Assembly: GCA_964304625.1 (NCBI GenBank)
Contig: OZ199839.1
Location: 3,400,724-3,464,723 of the forward strand
Direction: 5' to 3'
DNA from: Kudoa neothunni
Taxonomy: Eukaryota > Animalia > Cnidaria
DNA length: 64,000 nt
Positions 10,464 through 24,500 of the stretch are shown here, one piece after another. Position 1 is the first letter of the stretch. Every line of letters begins with the position of its first letter. The notes under the pieces are model-generated. The model saw only the letters and a list, made by a program, of their open reading frames with translations, was not told the DNA's origin and did no database searches. The position numbers and the translations under genes were made by a program.

Positions 10464-13400
10464 ATGAAGTTCGGTGCTCTAGATAAAGACTATTCAGTAG
10501 TGGAAACGTTTCTTCTCGAATTGTTCCAGTGCAATCGAGATCATGAGAAATCCTCTCTAAATGATGATCGATCAAATTCAACCTCCACACATGTAGTCAA
10601 TGCACTAATGAATGTGTTGTGTTTTATTTTAATGGTTAGATTGATCCAAAAACGACACACAAATCTCTTTCCACTCAGGCTTCAACTGGAAAAAATTCCA
10701 ATCAACTAGGATCTAATAATGTGGAAATAAATTCCAATCCCACCGGTATCATAAATTCTAATAATTACTATGGCATTTGAGCTACCGACTTTTCTTTAAC
10801 CTAGCATTCAATTCAAGTGGGAAAAATTTTAACGCCAGATCACCGTCACATATTACTAAGGTGAGTGCACACCTCTTGTTTACATGAAACTAACGTTTAT
10901 GTGTGCCGATTAGGATCAATACAAAGCTAATGACTACAATAGTGATGAAGTGCAAAAACGTCTACGTCCGTTGGATGTAATTTTTTGCGGTAGTATATCG
11001 AGCGTATTGTTAAATCTTATTAAAATGCAAAACAACTAATTCAATTAATCTTTTTAACCTTGTGCGTGCCGAATTTACGTTAACTCGTATGAAATCGTTG
11101 TGGTGCTCGGGAAAAATTAAATATGCTTAATTTTGGGAATACACTTGTATTATTATTATTAGTTATTTTACTAGTGAACGTTATTGTGATGAAAATAATA
11201 CTTGCGCTTGCGTAAAAATATAGGATTATAATTGGTCAGGTTTATAGACATTACCTTGACATAATTATTGAGTACTAAACAATAGAAATTGTATAACTAT
11301 AAATTTTAATAATTGAATGTGAAAGTGTACGCTTTATTCGATGATAAATTTTCGTATGCAAGGCGAACAATATCTCTTTTTTACGTTAATGAATTGGACT
11401 TAATTATAAAGCGGCTGCGTCCATTGGTCCGTACAAATCCGGTTTATTGTCGTTTGAGGAATCCATTTTAAATTATAATCCCTTTATCTGTTATTATAGT
11501 AGATTATATGTTAATATGTAAAAAATGAAAGAATCTAACATATGTGGGAACCTATGTTAGATGTCTCCACTTAATCTGAGTAACAAATTGTTATTCTTGT
11601 AATATAAACTAGTAAATGCTTTTTTTACTACGGGGGTTTACTCTCTATTTGGGGAATTTTTACTTTGACCTACTTCAGAGTGATACTGGGATACAGGAAA
11701 ATATTGGAAGATGAAAGTAAAAAAATCTGTCGATTAATAGTAGATGAGGGTAAAATCCAAACTTAGGCCGAAAAATTTTATAAGCGTTTCAACGGCTCAT
11801 GGCGTAAATAAGTAACATGAAACTGAAAACAACGCCACCATTTAAAAGGGGACGCAAGTTTAATGACGACAAAGAAATTACATGACATTGTCAATGACAA
11901 TTACACGTTATCTATTTCACATATGACCAATAAATTAGAATTATTAGTGAAACAACAGCTGACAGATGGTGTAAAATTAAGAATATTGCATTCAAATTAA
12001 TACGGAATGTTCCACCGTTCCGAAATTCCGATCTAACCAAAAACAAGACCAAGACCTATCGGAAAGATTTCGTTGAACAGTATGGCAATATTACAATACA
12101 AACAGGGTACCGAAAACTTGTTTTTATTGATGAAAACCCCTTTAATTTGTACAAGCCCTGCATTCACGGCCAAACAAACATTTAGGGATGATTGTTACAC
12201 CAAATCCAATTGTGCAGAATACCAGGGGACAAAGCTTCGATATGATTATTGATGCTTCCACAATGGGAGTTGTTCAAATCGAAATAAGTTTCCGGTAATA
12301 AATACTGATACCTTCCAAGGCTTGCGCTTACTATGATAAAATCGTTGGTGGGGATGACGTTTTTATCGTAGTAATGGATGGGTATTGTAAAATTCCATCA
12401 TATTGAGAATATAGTTAGAGAATAATGCTAATTATTATTTTGTAATTTAATTGCTTCATATTGGTTTTTTATGCAATTTCCGAAATTGATTGTCGATATT
12501 TCCGAAATAGGAGAACACCCGGTAGTAACTATTTTTTAATTTTTTAACCTTCCGATACCAACTGAGGTATTTGAGAGACCCCATATTGTATATTTTGTTT
12601 CATTATCCAAAAATTAACGTCTGATAGTTTTCAAAGTTTCAGAATATCTCTAATACTATTATTTCGACATTTTATCCTAAAAAGGCATTTATAATATAAT
12701 TAATTCCAATACTGAATAGATACCAAAATATTACTATAGTTAATTTTGAATGCATCCGACTACTTTTCTAATTTTATATATTTGTTTTATGAATATCAAA
12801 AATAGCTTTGATAATCGAAAAATTTAATAATATACGTTCCGTTGTGTGAAAAATGATGCCCTTTCTAAATATTACCGTCAATGGATTAACCAGGCTTAAT
12901 CCACCTAAGCCACGCACATTAACCTCATTGCGAATATTTAGGTAGCATTTATCAAATAAATTTTTTGAGACATTCATAATATTTAGTATGAGACTAGACC
13001 AAACCACTGATGGATAATGTTGAAAAACTTATTGAGGATTTTTCCTCTGTAGTTAATGATAGTTGCTCAGAATATGAAATATCTGAATCAGATGATTGTG
13101 GTATTAGTGATATAAATAGTGATGAAGATTTTCAAAGCATCGTTAATTTAAGCTCGATTAGACCCCAATAATGCGTCTATCTTTTCTTCCCCGTCTGATC
13201 TTGAATGGTCCAAAAGAATTTGTTCGAAAACTAAATCACATAGCATTGTTACTTCACCCTCAGGCATTTTAGAGGAAGCAAAAATATAACGCCCATTTTT
13301 TATGCCTTTCAATTGTTTATGTCGAAAGCCATAATTGATGAGATGGCAAAATACACCAACAAATATTGCGAAGAAAATAACCCAGAGAAACACAAAATAT

Positions 13401-16400
13401 CCAAAGATGAAATAAAGGCATTTATAAGCGTATTAATTGATGTTGGGCGTTCAAATGATAAGATGCTTGCTTAGAGGAATATGCGGGATGGAGGCCCATT
13501 TATTCAAACAACTGTTCTTCTCCACAGTGTGATGTCCAGAAACAGGTTTACTTATATTTATGGGAAATTCGTTAACATTTGTAATGGTTCCATTGAAGAC
13601 TTATATTATATTCTGTGGGTTTATTATGTATATTGAACGTTAGCTTACAGATCGCGTGACAATAGCCAGTAGTTTTCTTGACGAATATTATTATATTTGT
13701 AGCACATCGAATCCTCAGCAAAATAAGGATAGATTTCTTCAATGTTTATTAAAAAATATGGGATTGCATTATTCACATTATTGAGGAAAACCTCAATTTC
13801 ATTCTCTTTGATGATTGTTTCACCTGTCGTTACTCTATCAACTACACTAGTTCGTTAACTCTTAAAAGCAATCCTTGGGCTCCTCAAACTCATCTCTTTA
13901 TTATTTTGTTGTAAATTTTTCGGTGATGGAAGTATCCAGCTCCAAAAATTCGACATCTTCCCGTGCACACGCATTCCCGATTGTTTTATAATTTAATTTA
14001 ACACATTTTTAAAATATTAAGTGATCACAAATCAGACCAAAATTTTTATTCTAAAGAGTTGCAAAAAATCACACTTCGGCAACAATCGGACAGCACGCAA
14101 TGTAATATGCATACCTTTTCATAACCTTTTTCAGCCTAATTTGTCATAAATAATTCATGAAATTTATATTTTTAATTCTTATAATATTGTCAAATACATG
14201 GGGTGATCAAAAAGTATCGAGATTTTTTAAATAAAATAATATATACAAATATATAATGAATTTTTTTTAATCTCCTTCGAATTACTCTCCGTCTGCATCA
14301 ATATATTTTTTCCAGCGTTGCTTCCACTGAAGGAATCATTTTAAAAAATCATTTTTATTCAGCGTCTTAAGCTGCTCCATCGCATTCTGTTTTATTTCCT
14401 CAATGGAGTGGAATCTTCTTCCTTTAAGTTGGAATTTAATTTTTGGGAATAGAAAAGTCGCATGGAACAGGATCTAATGAGTGTGGAGGATGCTGTAACT
14501 GAGGAACGTTCATCTAGATTAAAAAATCTTGAATTTTTAAAGACTTGTGTGAGGGGGCATTATCGTGATGTAGTATCCAACGTCCCGACGAATAGCATCC
14601 CGTAAATTCCGCAAAACTCTGAAGTAATACTCACTTGTAACTGTACAAGCTTCAGATGCGTATTTATAATAAATTATCCCCTGGATATCGAAAAATACTG
14701 TGAGTAACACTTTAATTTTACTCCGAACTTGGTGGGTCTTCTTTGGTCTGGGCGACGATGGTGTTTTCCAAATGGAAGATTGAACTTTTGTTTCGGGATA
14801 ATAACCATAAACCCATGTTTCATCACCTGTTACAATAAAATTCATGAATTCATCGTCTCTTGATGAGCGTTGAAGTAATAAGCCGCAATTCTTTTCGATC
14901 GGACGTGAGCACTCGCGGGACAAATTTGACGGCAACTCTTCTCGTGCGAAGATCATCATTCAAAATAGCTTGACATGATCCAAAAGATATTTCAATATCA
15001 TTAGAATTTTCCCCAATGATAAGTCTACGTTCGGAATCGATCATATCCATAACATCATTAATCTTTTCATGATTTCTGCTAGTTGAAGGTCGACCAGAAC
15101 GATCCAAACTATCAATCGAATTTCTACCTTTTTGAAATCGTTTATGCCACCCAAACACTCTACTTCTCCTCATGGAATTGTCTAAAAATGCTTTTTGAAT
15201 CATTTCATAAGTCTCGATACTTTTTGGTCAGCTCATGTATGTTCTGTGAATTATTAATAAAATTGAACCGAAAGGATATATGCCAGTTATTTTTTGTGTT
15301 TTTTAACCTTAACTTTTCATTTTCTACGTTAACGACTCCGAATTGTTACTTGAAAATTTATTTTTTAGTTCATGTATTTTTTTGGTGTACTAATATTAAA
15401 TGTATAACGGTATACCGAACAAACCATATTGAAGAAATTGAAAAACTTATGATATTACAAACAATATAATGAATAATTCGTTAACTATTTATACTTAGAT
15501 TATAAATAAGTCAAAAATAAATTACTTAATGTTGATTTGTACAAATATATTGACTACTTTGAGGAACGATCCGTGATAACTATAATTCATAGTTAATGTA
15601 TTGTATAATCATATTGATTATCAAGACTGAGAAACAATTGAGTCAAAAATTAAAAATTTGTTTTTCTTAAAAAAAATTCATAATCTAATTTCATTTATAA
15701 GGAAAAATTATTTTTTCATTAATAAAGCCTTCGCGGTAAATCATAAACATATATTTTTATTTATTATCATTAAACGAAAATACGCGAGAAATCTCAAATA
15801 TATTTATTGCAAATATAATTTTAATTTTATAGTTAATACTAATATGGTAAAATCTAAAATTATGTTGACAAATATCAGTATATAAAAGATTAAAGGAATC
15901 AAAACACAAATATTTTGTTTCACTAGCTATTATTTAATTGGTAAATAATAGCGATCGCTGTTAAAATATATTCGAAGAAATTCCAATATCCTTTATGAAT
16001 GGAACGCGACCATGATTCATGTAGGTTGGAATCCAGCTGATTTCGTGGCACACCGTTCATTTTCCGAATGAGTTTTGTTTTGAGGTGATGCCACACAACC
16101 TCGATCGTATTAGTATGGTAACCCTCTGGAGTGACATACTCTTTGACTGATTAACGGTTATATGGTTATAGCCGTAAATTCGGAGAGAGGTGTACCCCAA
16201 CCACTCGTCAGTATAGATTGTAGTCCCGTTTTCAACTTCCTGCAAGACGAGTTGGGTCAACGTTCGTTTATCTTTTTTTTGGACAATAAAAAATCTAGAT
16301 TCTAACAATTTGCGTTCGCCATCTTCATCGACAGAGCATTCGCAAATGCCAACAACCCCAGGCCATTTATTCTGTAACCATACCTTTCATTTCTCCGCTG

Positions 16401-19400
16401 ACGTCTCAAAGGAGTCGCTCCACGGAATAACCTACTCCTTAAGAAATAGTTAGGGGTGGTCAACCATCTGTCCATGCTTAAAAATCTTCCCCGGTTGTTT
16501 TTACGGCGACCCCTTATAAACATTCGTCAATTTCGACGATTCGATTTTCTCCGCCAATTTAATTTTCTCGCGTCGTTGGAACATTTTATAACAAATATTC
16601 CTCAACGCTGAATACCAAAATGTAACGGTTTTCTCGGTTATTTGAGTTCATGCCACCACCCTGCATCTTTGCTCTTCAATACACCAAAGGTATATTAACT
16701 CAAATAGCTGAGACACCGCTAATTTGGATACATTCGTCCCCACCGCGTTATTGATGTCAGAGAAGGTAGAGGTCCTGGGTGAAAAATGCGTTCTACAATC
16801 ACTCCTAAAATTAATATTTTAAAAACTATACATAAAATAAATGTACTTTGAACATGTATACGAGTATTTCTCAATATCATCGTCACAAAGAGCGATTGAA
16901 GTATTGTTTCTTTTTCTCGTTGTAACTTGGAGGCATAGAGTGTTATACCTGTGGCAATCCTTGCACCGAGCAGGCATTTTTTGTAATAGACTCTTATTCG
17001 CCAGGTAAGTAAATAGAGCATTCAGGTTAAACAAAAGTTTATAAAATTGACGCTGAAGTGAAAATTCCGCCATCGAAAAAACTTTTGTTGATCGGATTAA
17101 ATTATAAAAACATATAAATTTTTAAATTTAACGTGAGGTACAAATATAACAGTTAATATTACATCTATAATTATCGAAAATTCAAAACACGACTAAGTAA
17201 AATATCCCCTATCCTGTGTGATTCTTTAATCGCGAGAACATATTTGATAATATTATAAAAATTAAAAATATAGATTACGTAAATTATTTATGACGAATTA
17301 GGCTGAAAAATGTAATGAATATGCATGCGCGTTACGCAACGCGCATGTCATATTGTTATCGGGGCGTGATTTTTTTAAACTCTTTAGAATCAAAATTTTG
17401 GTCTGGCGTGTGATCATCCAATATCTCAAAAATGTGTTAAATTTGATTATAAAAAAATCAGAAATGTTCGAGAACGGGAAGATGCCGAATTTCATACTTT
17501 TTAAAAAAGTATTGTCTATCGACCGATATAATTAGAGCAGTCATTTCTGGCGATAAATACATCAAATATAACCAATTGTACGACAAAATAACGGAAAGGT
17601 GGATGTGCGGATCCAAGGGTTATCCTTAAGAGTTAATAATGGAGTATCTAGAACACGCGCAATTTCGTTAATTTTCACACACGTACCCCAAGTTTATTTG
17701 TATAAATATATACATATCAAATGAATCTAAAAAATTATTCAAAATTAATTAAATGGTTCATTATAAACTCCAGAGAACCATCCAATGCTTATAAATTTTA
17801 TATTTATAATAATATTCTTTGTAACTAAAATATTTATATTAACAAAATTCCGTTTTAAACGTTTATTCCAAGTGAAAAGATATGTTATACTTTCAAGCTT
17901 ATCGAAATCGGCGCGCGTGAAATTAAATTAAAAGTTAATGTGTATTCGTAAATTTTTATTTTGAAATATTTTTCCATAATAGCATGGTTTGGATTCTGTT
18001 ATAAATAAATTGATATAATTTTGAATTCGTTTATTTTTACCTTATTTTTTAAAATAGAGGAAATAATCTAAGAACGCAGTTATTATTTAGTCCTTTTCAT
18101 TATTTCGCTCTCGAATATTTATCTCCAAGCCCCTAGGATTGATATATATTGGCCACCTGCTGTAGTAATAATTCTCTATGAATTTTTTGGTAAAAACACA
18201 TAAAAATAACTCCTCCCTGAGATTATTAACTTAAATTAGCATAAGGGACTGAGGACCACCAATTACACATCACGCGCGAAACAATAAAAATTATTTTAAC
18301 TTTTTTTCAGCAAAAATTAGAAATATCTATAAATTAACAATAAATATATTTAAATTATTTGAAGGCCACTTATCTGTATTACGCTGTCGCATGCATTTAT
18401 TGTAATAATTTCTAATTTCATCGATATAGGATACACCTGACACCTCTAGGATAGACAGCTTTCCAGTGAAATGTAAGTTCCAAATCAGCAATTCTTCCTT
18501 ACTTATTGTTACAATGGAACCGCAATATTCATATTTTTTAGTTTCTCATCCGTCGAATACACCTTCGCACGTATGTGAATTGTTAGGTTGGTTGTGATAG
18601 TGTCTAATCCCTTTATGTCAATTAGTTCAATACTATCTTCGTTAAAGGAGCCAATATTACACAAGATTCTCTCGAAAAATTGTTTTCTAGTGAGTGTTTG
18701 TGTTTTTGTATTAACTTGTCGATTTTTATCTAGGTGCCGTGAATATTTCTAAAGATAAAAGAAAAAGGTATGAGAAAAAAATATTGTGTGTATTATACAC
18801 ATGCTCACCGCTCAAACAGAAAAACGTTTATTGGTTTTTCAAATTCATTCTCATGCGTGAAATTTTACTTTGATATCCCTTAATACATTAACGATAAAAA
18901 ATGTGAAAATAATTATATCTAACAGTTTTTGTTTGACTGAGGATTTATGTCTATTACAAAAAGTTAAATCCAAATAAAATATATCCGCCAGGCGCATGCG
19001 CATATGTTTTTTGGGATTAAATTTATTAACATGATTTTTTTAACTTGAGTGTAATTGTTACTAATAATGTGTGGCTGTTGTCGTAATGAGTGAGCGTAAT
19101 ATCATTTACTAATTTTTTTACTAATTTTTAAACTTTAGTGGTTGTTTCTACGTACGTTTTAAATCCCAACAAGAAGCTATCACTGCGCTAAATGTAAGTG
19201 GTTTATTATCCAGTTAGTTTTTCGCAGTTTCACCTCAATTTTTGACGTCCACTTATTACTACAGATGAATGGGGACATGATTAATGGTTCAACTCTTCAT
19301 ATATCTGTTGCAAGAGTATCCAACCGCAGTGGAGGCAACAATAGTAATAATAGGTAGAGTTTATTGTGTGTTGACTGCGGCTAACATTGGTGGGTAGATT

Positions 19401-19521
19401 ATCAAATACACAAACCAACACTTCCACATCTACGAACCCCGAAATCAATCAAACGGAACAAAGACAACCTGCTCAACATCACTCCACAAATGATTATAAT
19501 CAGGAAGCTAATTTTGATTAA
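10464..19521 (+). CDS. NELFE: NELF-E-like RRM protein (about 11 exons, one 7.45-kb intron at 10977-18429)
   Basis: Phase-consistent exon chain MKFGALDKDYSVVETFLLELF...KRLRPLD|DTPDTSRIDSFPVKFSHPSNTPSH|FNTIFVKGANITQDSLEKLFSSAVNISKDKRKSGCFYVRFKSQQEAITALNMNGDMINGSTLHISVAR...EANFD*. The C-terminal RRM resembles NELF-E (GNTLYVYG.DMT..LL..AFS...NCAFV...LNG....LKV.IAR). The RRM is certain; orthology is inferred. Confidence 0.6.
11780..12420 (+). pseudogene. Degenerate Tc1/IS630 transposase remnant (inside NELF-E intron)
   Basis: Motifs LVFIDENPFNL (about 12118) and DVFIVVMD (about 12356), with frameshifts and stops. Confidence 0.55.
13010..13560 (+). pseudogene. Degenerate piggyBac-like transposase N-terminal half
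   Basis: Acidic N-terminus (MDNVEKLIEDF...SESDD...SDEDF), then IDEMAKYTNKY, ISKDEIKAFISVLI and VMSRNRF motifs, interrupted by stops. Confidence 0.6.
13560..13990 (-). pseudogene. Probable MULE (PHD-tailed) transposase C-terminal remnant
   Basis: - strand reads VVDRVTTGETIIKENEIEVFLNNV...INIEEIYPYFAEDS...QWNHYKC, resembling the region before the PHD finger of Mutator-like transposases; heavily decayed. Confidence 0.35.
14197..15237 (-). mobile_element. Mariner element, internally deleted and frameshifted
   Basis: TA-flanked 26-bp TIRs CATGGGGTGATCAAAAAGTATCGAGA / CATGAGCTGACCAAAAAGTATCGAGA (3 mismatches); ORF pieces 14850-15203 (RSGRPSTS, KFVPRVLT) and 14537-14959 (IVTGDETWVYGYYPETK, VLLTVFFD). 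Confidence 0.9.
15960..17073 (-). pseudogene. Degenerate Merlin (IS1016/ISXO2-like) transposase
   Basis: GGENRIVEIDE, RGRRKNNRGR, GTTIYTDEWLGY and HITVNQSK motifs plus an NTIEVVW motif, spread over broken frames. Confidence 0.8.
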
Positions 19522-19645
19522 AAGTATTATTTCATGTTTTTGTGTATAATTTATTTGTTGGTCGCCTTCTACGCCTATAATTGCGTTCAGTATGTTAATT
19601 TTTTAAGTACGATTTTTGTTTAGTTCGATTTTAAATATTTAAATT

Positions 19646-20844
19646 GGCAGTGTCTATTGGCCGGAACAAATTGATTTATTTAATTTTCGAGCTTTTCATT
19701 ATAGTAAATCTGCGTTGTCTGATATAAAACAACTTGCAAGTGCTTACTTAATTTTTTTATCGGTTAAAAATATTCTGTATTATGTAATATGGTTTCGACT
19801 AAATGGACCGTAAAAAGTCTTTTTATTGAGTTTATGAGTTATTTATTTATTCATATGAACATTTTTAGTTCTGATTTAACTTTTAATTATCTATGTAATT
19901 AAAATTTTTATTGTAATAGTTTTAATTTTATTGTAACGTACGTTGATTTGATTGTAATCATCCCCTAATGTTGTAATACAAAATTATTGTAAAAAAATGT
20001 AGGATTTTTCACCAGACCAAAAACATAAAGTATATAGTTGTTGTATTTAAAGATATTTGGTTATAGCAAAAGAAAAATTTTGATTTTACTCCTATGCGCG
20101 TGTTTACGAAATGGGATTGCCTGAACTTAATAATACGATTTTTCAAACCGGAAATACTTTTAGCATTTTTGGTGAGTTAAAGTTGAAAATAATCTTCCAA
20201 ATATGAATAAAATTGTTATAGTGGATAATAACAACTATATATTTTAATTGAGAACACTAAATTTCAACTAGTATCGTCAAAATTCAGTTTGTATGCAAAG
20301 TCTAAATAAGGGAATATGCGAAGTGTCCTGATTAGGTGACATTAAATTAAGTATGAATCAATAAATTGAATTTATTTTCAAATATAAAAATCATATTCAC
20401 AACATATGTTTAAATTGAGTGATATTATACCGATATTATAAAAAATATCAATTCGAAAATATTGAAAACACCAAATAACATGATTACAACAATGAATCCA
20501 TTTAAAACTATGAATACAACACGGATATATCATATCAGAAAATTATTATTGCACGATACGTGGAACGAATAAATTTCTTACTGATGAAAAATCATAAAAA
20601 CATTTCATTCAAATGTTAAACAAGTTTATGAAGAAAATGGAGCATTTACAGCGATAAATTACAATAATGATGAGGATAGGTCTTTCCTAAGTAACGCCTT
20701 ATATCACAGATTCCTAAAGACAAAATTCTTTTATATTTTTCACATTAATATATAATCCATTCTAATAATTTGTTGACTCATTAAAATTTAAAAAGAATCC
20801 ACTAAATAAGTAAAAACAATTTGTTCGGACCAATAGACACTTCC
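19646..20844. mobile_element. Non-autonomous TIR element with 9-bp TSD (Mutator- or Merlin-like)
   Basis: TIRs GGCAGTGTCTATTGGCCGGAACAAATTG / GGAAGTGTCTATTGGTCCGAACAAATTG; flanks ATTTAAATT / ATATAAATT. Confidence 0.7.
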
Positions 20845-21504
20845 ATATAAATTACCATATACAACACTCGCGTATAATATAGGTCGTACCCTTTTTACCA
20901 AAATGTTCGACTCAACATGGGGAGTGCGACCTATCCATTGGACATACTTGGACGATTAAGGGCCGAAATATCGGCATAAATGCTTCAAACTCACGTACGC
21001 CACAAAATAAGTAATAATGAGCTGAATGATTATTATAATATGGCGGCTGATTACAATGTAATATCTAACGACCAACTAAGAAGGTTCTTTAAAAATGAAG
21101 ATGAATTCTTGGGGTCCAGTTCTGCTGACATTAGTAGCAGCTGACCATATTTCAAGAAATGAAAGCTTTTATTTAAATTTCCTTTTATAATTGTATAGTT
21201 ATTAGTTACATAAAGCTTTCCAATATTTATAAGTAGATTTTTGAGAAGCTTAGGTATTTCAAAATATTTATTTTTATGGACGGTCGTTTCGATTGAAATT
21301 TCAATGCAGCTTGTCTGCGATTCATGCGAAAATCCTCATTTAAAATCCAGAACCCTAGGTGTGATCTATACAAGACGCGAGTATATATGTAATGTATAAT
21401 TTAAATAGAATTGCAAAGAGAGAGAACTCGGGAAAATAAAATACAAAATACATGGAACAATATTGTCAGACGTGATTAACTTTTCTTGTCGGCATGTTAA
21501 TAAA

Positions 21505-24500
21505 TCACGGCTTTTGTTTTTGAGACGACGAATTACTAGATGTCGTGATTGAGTTGGAAGTTGGCTGAGGTGGTAGATCTAAACAAATATCTAACTCGAA
21601 ATTGTACAGATTTTCTAAATCTTTAGAGATGTCGTATGGATGATGGGTAGAAGAGCTGGAAATTGGGTTAGAAACGCTAAATAAAACATTTTTCTTCACT
21701 TCACCATCACCCTTATTCATATCATTCATATCGTTCGTATCATTCGTATTATCCATATTATTATCCTTGGGTGTAGGTTTATTGGTATTCTAGAATCAGT
21801 TAGTTGTGAAGAAAAATTATCTAAATCAGGGGTGGGTAAATTTTTGATGTCCTAGCAGAGAATCGATATGATTCAAAATGACGCGATTTTAAGCAATATA
21901 AATTACTTTCAAAAAATTCTAATAACGCGTAAAACATATTTATAATTTTGATATGGTCAAAATGTATTTACATTCATTAAATTCTATAATCTTAAGGACA
22001 CCAGCATTTCTTTTTATTTAAAAATATTAATAGAACACAAATAAACCAAGAAAAAATAGGAATTCATTCAACAAAGTAAGTAACGGAGAGTCGGGAGTTA
22101 ACAAACATACGATACGCATTTTAAAACTATAACCATGTTGTTCCGACAGTTAAAAGCCAATTGAAATGCATGTATGGCAATAATAAATTCTGAAATAAAA
22201 TAATGATTAACTATCTCATTGAGTAATGCATTAATAATATCCCATGTCACTATAGAACATACAAATTGATGCTTAAAAATACCTCCATTAATATTTCATA
22301 ATATTTTTATCAATAAATAAGCACAATTCTCTCATACTAATTACGATGCGAACAAAAATAAAAGGTAGAGGATATTTTCATACTAAATTTTAATCCGCAT
22401 GTACCCACGCACGATGACGTTTCTTAACTCAGCGAATCTTACAGGCTATATAAAGATTACATTTTTTAGAATCAGTTAAATTTAATTATTTTTGACTCAT
22501 CCTTTCGTTCTCTTAATGTTCCAAAATAATTATATATAGTCAAAACTAGCGACTCCCTAAATATTATTCACTGTGTAAATAGTCGCCTTCAAAATAAAAA
22601 CAATAAAACCCCAAAAATATATTTTTAATTGGAAAGAATAATAAATTAATTTAATTGTACGTGATCAGCATAAATATGATTTTATAAATCAAGAGTGTAA
22701 CTTAATAATAAATCATTTTTCTGGGTTATTGCGCGATCAATAAACTTTTATTCACCACCCCTGATTTAAATATGAAGCCTGTCACTTGGTGAATCTGGGA
22801 TTTTTTATCGTTATCATCAATAGTTACATCATTCGAAGGCGAGTTCTCTTGCTTTAGTTTGTTGGCAAAGTGACCATGAATTTTTTTATCGGATAACATC
22901 ATTGGATTGGTTCGACGACGAACAAATGGATTATTTGCAGCATTGGAATTTTCGCTGGTACTACTCCAAGAGGTGGATTCACTCTAAAGAATAATGCGAA
23001 TGAATTTTAGTACACATGTTAGTTTCAAGCATTAAACCAACCTCCAACACTTTTTCCAGTTGAGCAATATTGGACCTGCGATTTCGTTCATTAATAAGTC
23101 GAATTTTGTCAAGTTGTTTGGCTCGGTTTTGATGAACAAGTTCGAGTTGTTGGTCAAGATTTTTGAGATTATTCTCCAATTTCTCCACTAATGGCATATC
23201 ATTTTTCTGTTTGGCTACTTCCTTTATTTATTTAATAAGTGTAATTAGATGCTGTTAAACATAAAGACATTACAATTTTGACTTGAACTTTGTGTCTTTC
23301 GGCGGTAATATTGACTGGAACCTTTCTGAATTTGTTTTTCTGTTCCACAATCTAAAGGTGTAATAGTGTCAAACATGAAACTCTATCACAGTTTTAGATG
23401 GAAAATTTTGAAGTCGTTAAAAAATTAAAAACTTTATTTAACTCCTTGATCTCCAATGTTACCGAATGGCAACATTTTAATTTTGTGAGTGTTTTAACCA
23501 TTTAATTACATTTTTTAAATATATCATTATTATAATAATATAGTTAATGTTTATTCGATTTTATAAAAATGAATTATAAAAACTTGTATGTTTTATATCA
23601 AGAGCAATGCAGATGAATATCAAACCTTACGGCAAATACAAAAATGGCTAAAAGTATCCTACAATTGGATTTGGAATTTTGAGGTTTCAGAAAAATTAAA
23701 AAATATACACAGATACTATTAAATAAGTTTATTCTAAGAATAAAATATGATTCGATATGTATACTATAGGGGCAGATCAATCCTTGTTGCCATTTGGCAC
23801 AATGTGTGTATCTTTTAATTTTTGAAATGAGTGCTTCAAGTTTTGGATAATTTATATAAAGTTATTTAAAATTAAACATATTGGGAAAAAAAATTTTAAG
23901 CCGCTGTGAATTTAACTCGGGGTTCAGAGGGTTAATCAATGTAAGTATTTTCAATTAAAATTTCTGGAGGATTTAAACCGACTTATTTATTGTAAAACTA
24001 AAAAAATTATAAATCAGTAACTAATCTAATCATCAGAATCTATATCGGAAAAGGATTACGCTTTCTTTACAACTTGAACATTCACACAGCCAAAATTTTT
24101 AATTTAATCTTGATAAATTTGACGGGGAAAAATAAGAATACTTTATTTCAAAGTTTAGAATACGATTTATTTTCACAGTTCACAAGTTATGTGCACATAA
24201 AATTTGATTTGTAATCATTTCGAAAAATATAGTTAATTTAGTAACAATAATCCGCTAATTTCAAAATCACATTATACATTATACTCATTGAAATACAGCC
24301 GAACCTCGATTATTCGGAAATCACACTATCCGGAAGATATTTTTAATTTTAGTTGGATTTTTTTGAAATCGCATGTCAATAAATGTTCGATTATCCTGAA
24401 ATTGGAACAACTATTTAATCATAATTCCGGATAAAAATGCCACCCACCATGGTCGTGATACGACATATACAACGCGGCATATATAGCAATGCAATATTTA

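Noticed and set aside
10074-10590. - strand ORFs suggesting a longer CDC7 N-terminus
   Set aside because: 10333-10590 is the antisense of the + strand first exon; the CDC7-like sequence starts at MDNYLEND (10340) and the rest of 10074-10406 is intron read-through.
15960-17073. Bacterial IS1016/IS630 insertion or horizontal transfer
   Set aside because: The context is spliced eukaryotic genes; Merlin and Tc1 are the established eukaryotic relatives of these IS families.
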